A stretch of 64,000 nt of DNA from positions 63,221 through 127,220 of the forward strand of contig JAPUEB010000035.1 in the NCBI GenBank assembly GCA_027492795.1, in the 5' to 3' direction. The notes under the pieces were generated by a model that had not been told where the DNA came from, ran no database searches, and saw nothing but the letters and a program-made list of their open reading frames with translations. Shown in pieces: positions 53,014 through 62,523 of this stretch. Both the position numbers and the translations under genes were made by a program. The stretch's first letter is position 1. The number at the start of each line of letters is the position of its first letter. The DNA is from Chryseobacterium sp. (GTDB taxonomy: Bacteria; Bacteroidota; Bacteroidia; Flavobacteriales; Weeksellaceae).

Positions 53014-53724
53014 ATGCCGCACAGAAACGATACCGGAGAAAATATCATCAGCCTAAGCAACGCTACGATTGCACAGAAAAATTTCACGGTTCTTACCAAT
53101 GTAGATTTACACATCCAAAAAGGTAAATTTTGCTATCTTATTGGAAAAACAGGCTCTGGGAAAAGTTCTCTCTTGAAGACGCTTTACGGCCATATTCCGT
53201 TAGCTGGTGGACAAGGGAGTGTTGCCGGATTTGATCTTGCGAAAATGAAAATGTCGCTTATTCCAGATTTGCGCAGAAAATTAGGAATTGTATTTCAGGA
53301 TTTCCAGCTTTTGCCGGATAGAACGGTGGAAAAGAACCTAAAATTCGTACTTGAAGCAACCGGATGGAGCGATTCTAAAAAAATGGACGACCGAATCAAT
53401 GAAGTTTTGGGTAGTGTTGGGATGAAAACCAAAAAACACAAAATGCCGCACGAACTTTCCGGTGGAGAACAGCAACGTGTAGCAATTGCGAGAGCTCTAC
53501 TGAATCATCCGGAACTTATTCTTGCTGATGAGCCAACAGGAAACCTTGATCCAGAAACTTCCAACGAAATTATGACGCTGCTGAAACAGGTAGCTATTGA
53601 AAACAATGCTGCTGTTGTAATGGCAACCCACGATTACCACATGATTCAGAATTTTCCGGGCGAGGCGATAAGATGTGAAGATGGTAAAGTAACAGTATTG
53701 GAAACTGCCGAACTTTTTGAATGA
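53014..53724 (+). CDS. ftsE: Cell division ATP-binding protein FtsE-like ABC ATPase
   Basis: GKTGSGKSS, LSGGEQQRVAIARAL, ILADEPTGNLD. Confidence 0.8.
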   Translation: MPHRNDTGENIISLSNATIAQKNFTVLTNVDLHIQKGKFCYLIGKTGSGKSSLLKTLYGHIPLAGGQGSVAGFDLAKMKMSLIPDLRRKLGIVFQDFQLLPDRTVEKNLKFVLEATGWSDSKKMDDRINEVLGSVGMKTKKHKMPHELSGGEQQRVAIARALLNHPELILADEPTGNLDPETSNEIMTLLKQVAIENNAAVVMATHDYHMIQNFPGEAIRCEDGKVTVLETAELFE

Positions 53725-53766
53725 TTTTTTTTCATTTTATATGATAGTATTTTTTTTAGCTATCAT

Positions 53767-53823
53767 GTCCTCCAGCGACAAGTCGCAAGAGGTTAACAAT
53801 TGTGTCGCGCTCCGCGCGAAACC
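53767..53823 (+). repeat. TCCTCCAGCGACAAGTCGC repeat family, copy 3
   Basis: gtcctccagcgacaagtcgcaagaggttaacaattgtgtcgcgctccgcgcgaaacc. Confidence 0.85.
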
Positions 53824-53831
53824 AAAGATCG

Positions 53832-54530
53832 CTAATTTTTATCAAAAAGATGAAACTCTTTGGTGAGTTCAAGATATTGGTCCGAGTAGTTTCTCGGACT
53901 TTTTTCTATCACAAAATCTTCTTCAACTAAATTTTTCGGTGAATGCGAAAATTCCACAATATTTCTTTTTAAAATACCATCTTTAATTCCGTAAATATTG
54001 ATTTTTCGGATTAATTTTAAATTAAACTTTTGAGAAATTTTACAAAAATCTTCGGTAGATTCAGAAGGAATAATCACTGAAAAAACTCCTTTGCTCGATA
54101 AAAGTTCGGCAGATTTTGAAATTAGATTTTCAAAACTTAACTCCACTTTTTGTCTTGCCAAAACATCTTTCTCTGAAGAATTTTCTTCAAAATAGGGTGG
54201 GTTGGAAATGATCAAATCAAATTTTTCATCCGTTTGAAAGTTTTTGAAATCTTGGTGCAAAACCTTTAATTTATCAGAAAAAATTGAATTGGTAAAGTTT
54301 TCTGAAGCGAGATTTGCAGCAATTTTATCGATTTCCAAAGCCAAAATATTTGCAAAAGGATTTCTTTGCGCCAACATTAGGGAAACCAGCCCTGCTCCCG
54401 TTCCCACCTCCAAAATTTTTGAGGAATTTTCAACAGATGACAATGCTCCAAGCAAAACGCCGTCCGTTCCTACACGAAAAACTTTCTTTAATTGTTGAAT
54501 TGTAAACTTTTGAAAACGAAAAGGTTTCAT
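53832..54530 (-). CDS. tRNA1(Val) (adenine37-N6)-methyltransferase (TrmN6/YfiC-like)
   Basis: 232 aa. ILEVGTGAGL SAM motif and the NPPY catalytic motif (ISNPPYF). Confidence 0.8.
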   Translation of the reverse strand: MKPFRFQKFTIQQLKKVFRVGTDGVLLGALSSVENSSKILEVGTGAGLVSLMLAQRNPFANILALEIDKIAANLASENFTNSIFSDKLKVLHQDFKNFQTDEKFDLIISNPPYFEENSSEKDVLARQKVELSFENLISKSAELLSSKGVFSVIIPSESTEDFCKISQKFNLKLIRKINIYGIKDGILKRNIVEFSHSPKNLVEEDFVIEKSPRNYSDQYLELTKEFHLFDKN

Positions 54531-55984
54531 TACAGATTTGTAGGTAAACTAATGACAAATTTGGTACCTTTATCTATTTCTGATTTTAATGAAATTTGCC
54601 CTCCATAATCTTCCACCATTTTGCGAACCATGGTAAGTCCAAGTCCCATTCCCGAATTTTTGGAGGTGAAATTGGGTTCAAAAATTCGCTCAAACATATT
54701 TCTAGGTATTCCAACTCCATTGTCTTCAACAGAAATTACTATGCGTTTGTTCATCTGTTCTATATCTACATTTATAATTGGATTTTTATGGTCTATAAGA
54801 GCCTGTTGTGAATTGGTGACTAAATTGGTAATAATGCGGTTGAGGTAAATCCTGTCCATATTAACCATAATGCTTTCTTTGTTGGAATGCACAAAAATGC
54901 GGTCATCATTAAAAATGCGCAGAATATTTTCTACCTCTTTATTGAGGTCGAAGATTTCATTATTTTTTTCCGGCAATTGGGCAAACTGTGAAAAAGCATT
55001 GGCTACTGTGGCAATCATATCTATTTGATCTACCAGAGAATCGCTCATTTTCTTCACTTTTGATGAAATACCAGGATCTTCTGGGTCAAATTTTCTTTCA
55101 AAATTCTGAATGGTAAGCTTCATGGGCGTTAGAGGATTTTTTACCTCGTGCGCTACCTGTTTAGCCATTTCGCGCCAAGCTTTTTCTTTTTCACTAAAGG
55201 CAAGTCTTTCTTTCTGATCCTGAATTTGCAAAATCATTTTATTGTAAGCTTTTACCAGCGCACCAAGTTCATCATTATGATAGTATTTCACCGGTTGCAT
55301 TTCCTTATCGAAAAGCGTAATGCGTGTAATCATCTCAGAAAATCTGGTAATAGCATTGGTTAAATTGCTAGAAATTATCCAGCTGAGCCAGATGCTGAAA
55401 ATAATAATTAGTAGGTTTACAAGCACCATATATTTTAGATACTTGTTCAGAACACTTAAATAAGCTCCATCGTTATGATAATAAGGAAGATAAACAATGC
55501 CAATTGGCTCCAGTGAATTATTAGATAATATCGCGTAGGATGAAGTCTTGTTTGCACCAACACTCTGATCGTATTCCTGAATATCTACTCTTCGATCTTT
55601 TGTGATTATCTTCGTTAAAATATTGTGGGGAATTTTCTTTTGAGAAACTTGGTTTTTTTCCTTGTTTGAAATTAGAAAGTTACCATCCAGATCATAAATC
55701 ATGATATCATGTTTGTTGATATCTGCAATTTCCATAATCTTGTTTTTCAAAACCTCGGGAATATCTTCGGTAGAAATATGCTTTCTGCTTACCGCATAAT
55801 CTAGTGAAGATGTGAGAACATTGGTTTTATTTTGCAAATCTGTTCGGCTTTGTTCATCTGCATTATTTTTTAAAATAACATAGGACAATACAGAAGCTCC
55901 GGTCATACTCAGGATACATACAATCAAAAATCCCCAGAAAACACGATTCCGAAGACTGTACCCTTTATATTTGCTTAATGCCAT
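54530..55984 (-). CDS. Sensor histidine kinase (2 TM, HAMP, HisKA, HATPase_c)
   Basis: H-box AKQVAHEVKNPLTPM. N, G1 and G2 boxes (..NSQQA.., DNGVGI, GMGLGL). Confidence 0.85.
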   Translation of the reverse strand: MALSKYKGYSLRNRVFWGFLIVCILSMTGASVLSYVILKNNADEQSRTDLQNKTNVLTSSLDYAVSRKHISTEDIPEVLKNKIMEIADINKHDIMIYDLDGNFLISNKEKNQVSQKKIPHNILTKIITKDRRVDIQEYDQSVGANKTSSYAILSNNSLEPIGIVYLPYYHNDGAYLSVLNKYLKYMVLVNLLIIIFSIWLSWIISSNLTNAITRFSEMITRITLFDKEMQPVKYYHNDELGALVKAYNKMILQIQDQKERLAFSEKEKAWREMAKQVAHEVKNPLTPMKLTIQNFERKFDPEDPGISSKVKKMSDSLVDQIDMIATVANAFSQFAQLPEKNNEIFDLNKEVENILRIFNDDRIFVHSNKESIMVNMDRIYLNRIITNLVTNSQQALIDHKNPIINVDIEQMNKRIVISVEDNGVGIPRNMFERIFEPNFTSKNSGMGLGLTMVRKMVEDYGGQISLKSEIDKGTKFVISLPTNL

Positions 55985-56567
55985 TTTTTGAAATAAGTTT
56001 TGCTATATATTTCCCAATAATATCGAACTCCAAATTCACTTGGTCGCCAATTTTCAGAAATTTCATATTGGTAAACTCCCAAGTATAAGGAATTATGGCG
56101 ACGGAAAACTTAAAATCTCCACTTTCTGCAACTGTTAAACTAATGCCATTCACCGTTATCGAACCTTGCGGAACGGTGATGAAATTTCCAGCTGCATCAT
56201 ATTTGAAAGTGATGAAATAACTTCCGTCACGATTTTCGATAGCAACAACCTCGCCAGTTTTATCAACGTGGCCTTGAACAATGTGTCCATCCAGTCTGCC
56301 GTCCATTTTCATACAGCGCTCCAAATTTACCACGCTTCCAGCTTGCCATTTTCCCAGGTTTGTTTTTTCTAAAGTTTCGTCTATTGCCGTTACAACATAT
56401 TGATTTTCTGAAATTTCAACCACAGTGAGGCAACAGCCGTTGTGCGCAAGACTTTGGTCGATTTTCAATTCGTTGGTGAATGGACAACTTAATGTGAAAT
56501 TGATATTTCCACCAATTTTTTCAATTTTTTCGACGGTTCCGGTTGCTTCTATGATGCCTGTAAACAT
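55965..56567 (-). CDS. ribE: Riboflavin synthase
   Basis: Starts MFTGIIE. Duplicated lumazine-binding repeats (..GHVD..). Confidence 0.9.
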   Translation of the reverse strand: MFTGIIEATGTVEKIEKIGGNINFTLSCPFTNELKIDQSLAHNGCCLTVVEISENQYVVTAIDETLEKTNLGKWQAGSVVNLERCMKMDGRLDGHIVQGHVDKTGEVVAIENRDGSYFITFKYDAAGNFITVPQGSITVNGISLTVAESGDFKFSVAIIPYTWEFTNMKFLKIGDQVNLEFDIIGKYIAKLISKNGIKQI

Positions 56568-56696
56568 ATTTTTGATTTTAAGAGCCAAGAAAAAAGTAAA
56601 AAGAAACAAGTGATTTCAAACGATTTTTTTACTTTTTTTTAAAATTTTCATTTGAATTAAACATAAAAAAAATGTTGTGCATTTAGTGATAAATTT

Positions 56697-56880
56697 AATC
56701 GCAAGGAACGCAAAGAATTTTTATTTAATATTTTTTTTAAACATTTACGTTCGCAAAGACACTTCGTTCAGCAATTGCTAAAAAAGAAATTCACCAATAT
56801 TTTGCTAAGCTAAGCGCCTTTGCGAACGATTTTGATATTTATTAAAAAAATCTCCTTGCGAACTTTGCGTTAAAAAATTA
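56697..56880. repeat. Nested inverted repeats of the CGCAAAG family
   Basis: cgcaaggaacgcaaag...gttcgcaaag faces ctttgcgaac...ccttgcgaactttgcg. Confidence 0.6.
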
Positions 56881-56959
56881 TTAATCAAGCTGTTATTGAT
56901 TGTATTTCAAATGCATAACTGATATAAAAAATAATTCAAACCACTAATTTCTAATTCCC

Positions 56960-56967
56960 TAAATTTG
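56960..56967 (+). promoter_or_regulatory. -7 promoter box (TAaaTTTG) for pdxA
   Basis: Exact match 34 nt upstream of the ATG at 57001. Confidence 0.4.
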
Positions 56968-57000
56968 TAAAATTCAAATAATCATCAAAGATAATTAAAA

Positions 57001-58092
57001 ATGAGCAGTCATAAACACCAAAAGGTAAGAGTAGGCATTTCTGTAGGCGATTTCAACGGTATTGGTCCGGAAATTATTATGAAAGCACTTTCCGATAAGA
57101 ATATTACGGATTTTTTTACTCCCATTATTTTTGCTTCCGGAAAACTTTTCACTTACCAAAAAAATATTTTCAAACTGAACCTGAATTTTAATTACATTAC
57201 AGAAGTCAGTCAAGCTCAAGGTGGAAAACTGAACATGGTAAACCTTTGGAAAGACAATGTGAACGTAGATTTGGGAAAACCTACCGAAGAATCCACAAAA
57301 ATGGCAATCGATTCCTTGGAAGCTGCTACGGATGCTTTAATGAAAGGCGAAATCGATGTTTTGGTAACCGCTCCTATTAACAAGGACGAAATGATGAAAC
57401 ATGGTTTCAAACACGCAGGACACACCGGCTATTTGGAAGAAAAATTTGGCAAAAAAGGCTTGATGTTTTTGGTAACAGACGATTTGAAGGTTGCAGTTTC
57501 CACGCATCACATTCCAATTGCCGAAGTGGCACAAAATATTTCCAAAGAAAAAATAAAAAAGCAAATAAAACTGCTCAATCAATGCCTTATCGAAGATTTT
57601 TGCATTGAAAAACCAAAAATCGCGGTTTTGGGACTCAATCCACATTCTGGCGACGGCGGCGTGATTGGAAATGAAGAAATTGAAATCATCCAACCGGCAA
57701 TTCGTGAGCTTTTCGACAACGGCATTATGACTTTCGGGCCTTTTCCGGCAGACAGTTTTTTCCAGCCCAATAAATACAAAAATTACGACGCCGTTTTGGC
57801 GATGTATCACGACCAAGGATTGGCACCGTTCAAAACTTTGGCTTACGAAGAAGGCGTGAATTATACAGCCGGACTTCCATTCATCCGCACTTCTCCCGAC
57901 CACGGAGTTGCGTATGACATTGCAGGACAAAACGTTGCAGATGCGCAAAGTTTTTCCGAAGCTATTTTTATGGGAATTAAAATTTTCAAAAATCGCTCAG
58001 AATATCAAGATTTAATGGAAAACCGCTTGAAACCGAAAAAAGTTTTGGCGGATAATGGTGTGGATGAGGATTTGCCGGATGAAATGCATTGA
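57001..58092 (+). CDS. pdxA: 4-hydroxythreonine-4-phosphate dehydrogenase
   Basis: 363 aa. ..GDFNGIGPEI.., GHTGYL, LNPHSGDGG, MYHDQGL, RTSPDHG. Confidence 0.9.
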   Translation: MSSHKHQKVRVGISVGDFNGIGPEIIMKALSDKNITDFFTPIIFASGKLFTYQKNIFKLNLNFNYITEVSQAQGGKLNMVNLWKDNVNVDLGKPTEESTKMAIDSLEAATDALMKGEIDVLVTAPINKDEMMKHGFKHAGHTGYLEEKFGKKGLMFLVTDDLKVAVSTHHIPIAEVAQNISKEKIKKQIKLLNQCLIEDFCIEKPKIAVLGLNPHSGDGGVIGNEEIEIIQPAIRELFDNGIMTFGPFPADSFFQPNKYKNYDAVLAMYHDQGLAPFKTLAYEEGVNYTAGLPFIRTSPDHGVAYDIAGQNVADAQSFSEAIFMGIKIFKNRSEYQDLMENRLKPKKVLADNGVDEDLPDEMH

Positions 58093-58104
58093 GAGGTTTG
58101 AAAA

Positions 58105-58190
58105 ACGAAGTGAGAAATGCGAATTACGAATAGTGAATTACGAAGTTTGAACTACGAAATTTGAACTACGAAATTTGAAACTATCATATG
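58105..58190. repeat. Degenerate tandem repeat (GAA(T/C)TACGAA(A/G)TTT units)
   Basis: ..gaattacgaatagtgaattacgaagtttgaactacgaaatttgaactacgaaatttgaaac. Confidence 0.7.
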
Positions 58191-58209
58191 CAGAAAGTTT
58201 AACACAAAG

Positions 58210-58319
58210 TTTGTCATTCTGAAAGAATCTCAACAAATTATTTAGAGATTTCATTAAGAATTATATTCAATATTAAAGAGATTGATTATTAAACGTTTAG
58301 ATTCTTTCAGAATGACAAA
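58210..58319. repeat. GTCATTCTGAA-family MITE-like element, copy c, with perfect 21-bp TIRs
   Basis: tttgtcattctgaaagaatct (58210-58230) and its exact reverse complement at 58299-58319. Confidence 0.85.
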
Positions 58320-58375
58320 AAAACCGCTTATTTTTAGGATTAAACCATTAGTTGTAAAGATTAAAGTAGGAAAAA

Positions 58376-58777
58376 ATGAAAAAGATTGCCATAAATAGAA
58401 GCAGTGAATATGTAAACGCTCTTCGGGATTATAAAATTTATGCAGACAATCAAAAAATCGGGGCGATTGGAAATGGAGAAATCAAAACTTTTGAAATCCC
58501 AGAAAATGCCAAACAAATTTCTGCGAAAATAGATTGGTGCGGAAGCAATTCCGTTGAAATTTCATCAGCGGAAAACCAAAATTTTGAAATCAAGGGGCAA
58601 GAATTTTTAACCAAAACTTTTCTGATCTCATTTGTAGGAATTATTTTACACTTAATTTGCACTTATTTCTTCCCAGACATTTATTGGCCAAGTATTTTCA
58701 TCATTCCCTTCTTTTTAATTTTGATTTTTCATCTTACTATAAATAGAAAAAACTATCTAACGATTAGAAAAATTTAA
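58376..58777 (+). CDS. Hypothetical membrane protein
   Basis: 133 aa. Soluble N-terminal half followed by 2 TM. Confidence 0.5.
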   Translation: MKKIAINRSSEYVNALRDYKIYADNQKIGAIGNGEIKTFEIPENAKQISAKIDWCGSNSVEISSAENQNFEIKGQEFLTKTFLISFVGIILHLICTYFFPDIYWPSIFIIPFFLILIFHLTINRKNYLTIRKI

Positions 58778-58860
58778 GGTTAAAAAAGTGAGTTTAAACT
58801 TCAAACATTAAACTTTAAACCTCAAACCAAAAAATTATTTGTAGAATCAAAAAATTTGCA

Positions 58861-58868
58861 TATTTTTG
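58861..58868 (+). promoter_or_regulatory. -7 promoter box (TAttTTTG)
   Basis: 12 nt upstream of the ATG at 58880. Lies inside the longer track ORF. Confidence 0.45.
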
Positions 58869-58879
58869 CACCCTCAATT

Positions 58880-59401
58880 ATGGACAATTTCAGAGACTAT
58901 GAAGTAGCGTTCTCCGGATTGAAAACCGGAAAGCATACGTTTCAGTTTGAGATAGATAAAGCGTTCTTTGACCTTTTTGACACTGAAAAAGAATTTACAA
59001 ATCCTAAAATTGTAGCCGATGTTCTGCTCGACAAACATTCTACTTTTTTAGAATTTTGGATAAAAACTTCAGGAACTGTAGAGCTGATTTGCGATATTAC
59101 CAACGAAGCTTTCGATTATCCTATCGAAAACGAAATCAAGGTATTGGTGAAATTTGGAGAGGAATATGATGACAGCGATGAAGACGTTATTACCATTCCA
59201 ACCAGCGACCACGCTTTCAATGTAGCGCAACTGATTTACGAAGATGTAATGCTTTCTATCCCAATGAAGAAAATTTCTCCAAATGTAAAGGAAGAAGATT
59301 TGGAAATTCTAGAAAAATTCAGTCCAAAAAAAATTGAAGAAACAGAAGAAGAAGTGGATCCGAGATGGGAAGCTTTGAAAAAATTGAAAGACAACAATTA
59401 A
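58880..59401 (+). CDS. yceD: YceD/DUF177 family 23S rRNA accumulation protein
   Basis: Conserved position immediately upstream of rpmF. Acidic C-terminal tail. Confidence 0.75.
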   Translation: MDNFRDYEVAFSGLKTGKHTFQFEIDKAFFDLFDTEKEFTNPKIVADVLLDKHSTFLEFWIKTSGTVELICDITNEAFDYPIENEIKVLVKFGEEYDDSDEDVITIPTSDHAFNVAQLIYEDVMLSIPMKKISPNVKEEDLEILEKFSPKKIEETEEEVDPRWEALKKLKDNN

Positions 59402-59476
59402 TTAAATTTGAATAATGATGAGCAGATTTGGGATCACTCATCACTCATCAATTATCATTTATAAAAATAAAGAGAA

Positions 59477-59680
59477 ATGGCACATCCAAAGAGAAGACAA
59501 TCGTCAACAAGAAGAGACAAAAGAAGAACTCATTATAAGGCAGAAGTTCCTCAATTGGCAAAAGATGCTACTACAGGTGAGCTTCACCTTTACCACAGAG
59601 CACATTGGCACGAAGGAAAACTATACTACAGAGGAAAAGTAGTATTGGAAAAAGCAGTAGAAACTACAGAAGAAAACTAA
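59477..59680 (+). CDS. rpmF: 50S ribosomal protein L32
   Basis: [21 protein letters not shown]. Confidence 0.9.
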   Translation: MAHPKRRQSSTRRDKRRTHYKAEVPQLAKDATTGELHLYHRAHWHEGKLYYRGKVVLEKAVETTEEN

Positions 59681-59713
59681 AAGAATTTTTTAGAAAAACT
59701 TCGTTTTCATACC

Positions 59714-59760
59714 AAAACCACTCGATTTTTGCAAAAATTGAGTGGTTTTTTGTTGTTTTT
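59714..59760 (+). terminator. Rho-independent terminator after rpmF
   Basis: aaaaccactc...gagtggtttt is a 10-bp stem (59714-59749), followed by T-rich sequence. Confidence 0.75.
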
Positions 59761-59773
59761 TGTGTTTTTTTGG

Positions 59774-59781
59774 TATCTTTG
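59774..59781 (+). promoter_or_regulatory. -7 promoter box (TAtcTTTG) for accBC
   Basis: Exact match. It overlaps the track's ATG at 59783, which favours the start at 59807. Confidence 0.45.
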
Positions 59782-59806
59782 AATGTTAAAATCAAATACC
59801 ACATAT

Positions 59807-60292
59807 ATGGACATCAGAGAAATCCAAAACCTCATCAAATTTGTTTCTAAAGCAGAGGTTTCCGAAGTAAAGTACAAAACCAAAGATTTTGAAATCACCA
59901 TCAAAACTCCACTTGCTGGAAACGAGGTAAGTTATATGCCACAACCTGCGGTTTACCAATCCGCTCCACAAATGGCGGCTCCTGTTGCTGCTCCGGCTGC
60001 AAGTTCTGCTCCTGCTGCTGAAAAAGCTGAGGCTTCTGCAGACGACAGCAAATTCGTAACCATAAAATCTCCAATGATTGGAACTTTCTACAGAAAACCG
60101 GCGCCGGATAAAGATGCTTTCGTAAGCGTAGGTGACGAAATTTCTGTAGGAAAAGTAGTTTGCGTAATCGAAGCGATGAAGCTTTTCAACCAAATAGAGG
60201 CTGAAGTTTCAGGAAAAATCGTGAAAATATTGGTAGATGACGCTACTCCTGTAGAATACGACCAACCTTTATTCTTAGTTGACCCATCTTAA
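59807..60292 (+). CDS. accB: Acetyl-CoA carboxylase biotin carboxyl carrier protein
   Basis: MDIREIQNLIKF.., Ala/Pro linker, biotinylation motif EAMKLFN. Confidence 0.9.
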   Translation: MDIREIQNLIKFVSKAEVSEVKYKTKDFEITIKTPLAGNEVSYMPQPAVYQSAPQMAAPVAAPAASSAPAAEKAEASADDSKFVTIKSPMIGTFYRKPAPDKDAFVSVGDEISVGKVVCVIEAMKLFNQIEAEVSGKIVKILVDDATPVEYDQPLFLVDPS

Positions 60293-60373
60293 TTATAATT
60301 GATAAATGATGATTGATGAATGATAATGTTCATCAATTTCAAATCTCAAATCTCAAATCTCAAATTAATTAAG

Positions 60374-61726
60374 ATGTTCAAGAAAATATTAATAGCCAAT
60401 CGTGGCGAAATTGCGATGCGTATTCTTCGCACGTGTAAAGAAATGGGAATCAAGACGGTAGCTGTCTATTCCACTGCGGATAAAGACAGTTTGCACGTTC
60501 GTTTTGCGGATGAGGCAGTTTGTATAGGACCACCTGCGAGCAAAGATTCCTACCTTAAAATTTCGAATATTATTGCGGCGGCAGAAATTACCAATGCGGA
60601 TGCCATTCATCCCGGATATGGCTTTTTATCGGAAAATTCTAATTTTTCCAGAATTTGTCAGGACAACGGCATCAAATTTATCGGCGCAACACCTGAACAA
60701 ATCGACAGAATGGGCGATAAAGCCAATGCAAAAGCAACCATGAAAGAAGCTGGAGTTCCTTGCGTTCCCGGTTCCGATGGTTTGATTGACGGCTACAAAA
60801 CCGCTGCAAAACTCGCTGAAGAAATTGGCTATCCTGTAATGATAAAAGCAACTGCAGGTGGCGGTGGAAAAGGAATGAGAGCCGTTTGGAAAGCGGAAGA
60901 TTTGCAAGATCATTGGGATTCTGCGGTTCAGGAAGCAACTGCAGCTTTCGGAAATGGCGGAATGTATATGGAAAAATTGATTGTCGAGCCACGACACATC
61001 GAAATCCAAATTGCAGGAGACCAATACGGAAAAGCGTGTCACCTTTCGGAAAGAGACTGCTCTGTTCAGCGTAGAAACCAAAAATTAACGGAAGAAACGC
61101 CATCACCATTTATGACCGATGAACTTCGTGAAAAAATGGGTGAAGCAGCAGTAAAAGCAGCAGAGTATATTGGTTATGAAGGAGTGGGAACTATAGAATT
61201 TTTGGTGGATAAACACCGCAATTTCTATTTTATGGAAATGAATACGAGAATTCAGGTAGAGCATCCAATTACGGAGCAAGTAATTGATTATGACTTAATT
61301 AGAGAGCAAATTCTACTTGCAGCCGGAACTCCAATTTCAGGAATTAACCATTTCCCAAAATTGCATTCTATAGAATGTAGAATTAATGCGGAAGATCCTT
61401 TCAACGATTTCCGTCCAAGTCCAGGAAAAATTAAAGAATTAAACATTCCTGGAGGACACGGAATCCGTGTTGATACACACGTTTACTCTGGTTACACGAT
61501 TCCTTCCAACTACGATTCGATGATTGCAAAACTGATTACCACGGCGCAAACCCGTGAAGAAGCGATTGCAAAAATGAAACGCGCTTTGGAAGAATTCTAT
61601 ATTGAAGGTGTAAAAACCACCATTCCTTTCCACAGACAACTGATGGAAAATCCAGATTATCTTGCCGGAAACTACACCACGAAGTTTATGGAGGACTTTG
61701 TGATGGATAGGAAGTATGATAATTAA
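60374..61726 (+). CDS. accC: Acetyl-CoA carboxylase biotin carboxylase subunit
   Basis: [17 protein letters not shown].., [19 protein letters not shown]. Confidence 0.95.
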   Translation: MFKKILIANRGEIAMRILRTCKEMGIKTVAVYSTADKDSLHVRFADEAVCIGPPASKDSYLKISNIIAAAEITNADAIHPGYGFLSENSNFSRICQDNGIKFIGATPEQIDRMGDKANAKATMKEAGVPCVPGSDGLIDGYKTAAKLAEEIGYPVMIKATAGGGGKGMRAVWKAEDLQDHWDSAVQEATAAFGNGGMYMEKLIVEPRHIEIQIAGDQYGKACHLSERDCSVQRRNQKLTEETPSPFMTDELREKMGEAAVKAAEYIGYEGVGTIEFLVDKHRNFYFMEMNTRIQVEHPITEQVIDYDLIREQILLAAGTPISGINHFPKLHSIECRINAEDPFNDFRPSPGKIKELNIPGGHGIRVDTHVYSGYTIPSNYDSMIAKLITTAQTREEAIAKMKRALEEFYIEGVKTTIPFHRQLMENPDYLAGNYTTKFMEDFVMDRKYDN

Positions 61727-61746
61727 GTGATTATTTTTATATTATT

Positions 61747-61780
61747 AAAACTGCTCATAAAGGGCAGTTTTTTTGTTTTT
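61747..61780 (+). terminator. Rho-independent terminator after accC
   Basis: aaaactgctc-ataaa-gggcagtttt followed by a T-run. Confidence 0.65.
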
Positions 61781-61802
61781 ATAAACATCAGAAAAAAAAC
61801 AT

Positions 61803-61810
61803 TAATTTTG
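61803..61810 (+). promoter_or_regulatory. -7 promoter box (TAatTTTG) for the toxin-antitoxin pair
   Basis: 17 nt upstream of the ATG at 61827. Confidence 0.4.
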
Positions 61811-61826
61811 TTTAAATTCATATGAT

Positions 61827-62030
61827 ATGGAAAATACATTCACAATAGAGGTAAAAAACAGTAAGACAATAGATTTACTGAAAAAACTTGAGGAGTTAAA
61901 TCTAATTAAGTTTTTAAAGAAAGAAAAGAAAAATAACATGAAACTTTCTGATAAACTGCGTGGAAGCCTAACAAAAGAACAAGCTGCCGATTTGGACGCA
62001 CACATTAAGAAAGCAAGAGAAGAATGGTAA
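61827..62030 (+). CDS. Putative antitoxin of a type II TA pair
   Basis: 67 aa and Lys/Glu-rich. Its stop overlaps the PIN gene start (ATGGTAA). Confidence 0.5.
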   Translation: MENTFTIEVKNSKTIDLLKKLEELNLIKFLKKEKKNNMKLSDKLRGSLTKEQAADLDAHIKKAREEW

Positions 62031-62413
62031 ACTTCATATTTGATACAAATGTAATGTCAGGTTATGTTTCAAATAAATATGACACGGACAAAATGTTGAT
62101 TCTTACAAAAATAATCGATGAAGGATTTAGCATAAGTGTGATTTCGAAAATTGAAATTCTAAGTTGGAAAGCGGATGAGGAAATCGAAAAGGTAATGAAA
62201 GACTTTGTTGACGGTTCCAGTGTTTTGTCATTATCAGAAGAAATTTGTGACCACACTATTGTTATTAGAAGAAAGAAAAATATAAAGACTCCAGATGCTA
62301 TTATTGCAGCAACAGCAATCCTTTACAATTTGACTTTAATTACCGAAAACGAAAAGGATTTTGCGAATATTAAAGGATTAAAAATTACTCACCCTGACAG
62401 ACTCAGCATTTAA
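62024..62413 (+). CDS. vapC: PIN-domain (VapC-type) toxin
   Basis: 129 aa. N-terminal FIFDTNV, central acidic residues, C-terminal ..LITENEKDF. Confidence 0.75.
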   Translation: MVNFIFDTNVMSGYVSNKYDTDKMLILTKIIDEGFSISVISKIEILSWKADEEIEKVMKDFVDGSSVLSLSEEICDHTIVIRRKKNIKTPDAIIAATAILYNLTLITENEKDFANIKGLKITHPDRLSI

Positions 62414-62500
62414 TAAAAATTAGGGAGATTTAACGAATTATAAAAACTTGATAGGTCTTTTCTTTGAGATTTACCTTCTTTGCTATTCAATAATAATCAT

Positions 62501-62508
62501 TAATTTTG
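62501..62508 (+). promoter_or_regulatory. -7 promoter box (TAatTTTG) for rocD
   Basis: 16 nt upstream of the ATG at 62524. Confidence 0.45.
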
Positions 62509-62523
62509 TAAAAAAGTAAAAAT

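Noticed and set aside
57337-57948. Long antisense ORFs inside well-supported genes, for example 57337-57948 in pdxA, 60626-61109 in accC, 743-1198 in the transporter gene, 17081-17584 in DUF1501 and 40051-40500 in hypF
   Set aside because: Each lies on the opposite strand of a gene with clear family motifs. The products are Cys/Phe/Asn-rich nonsense, typical of antisense frames.
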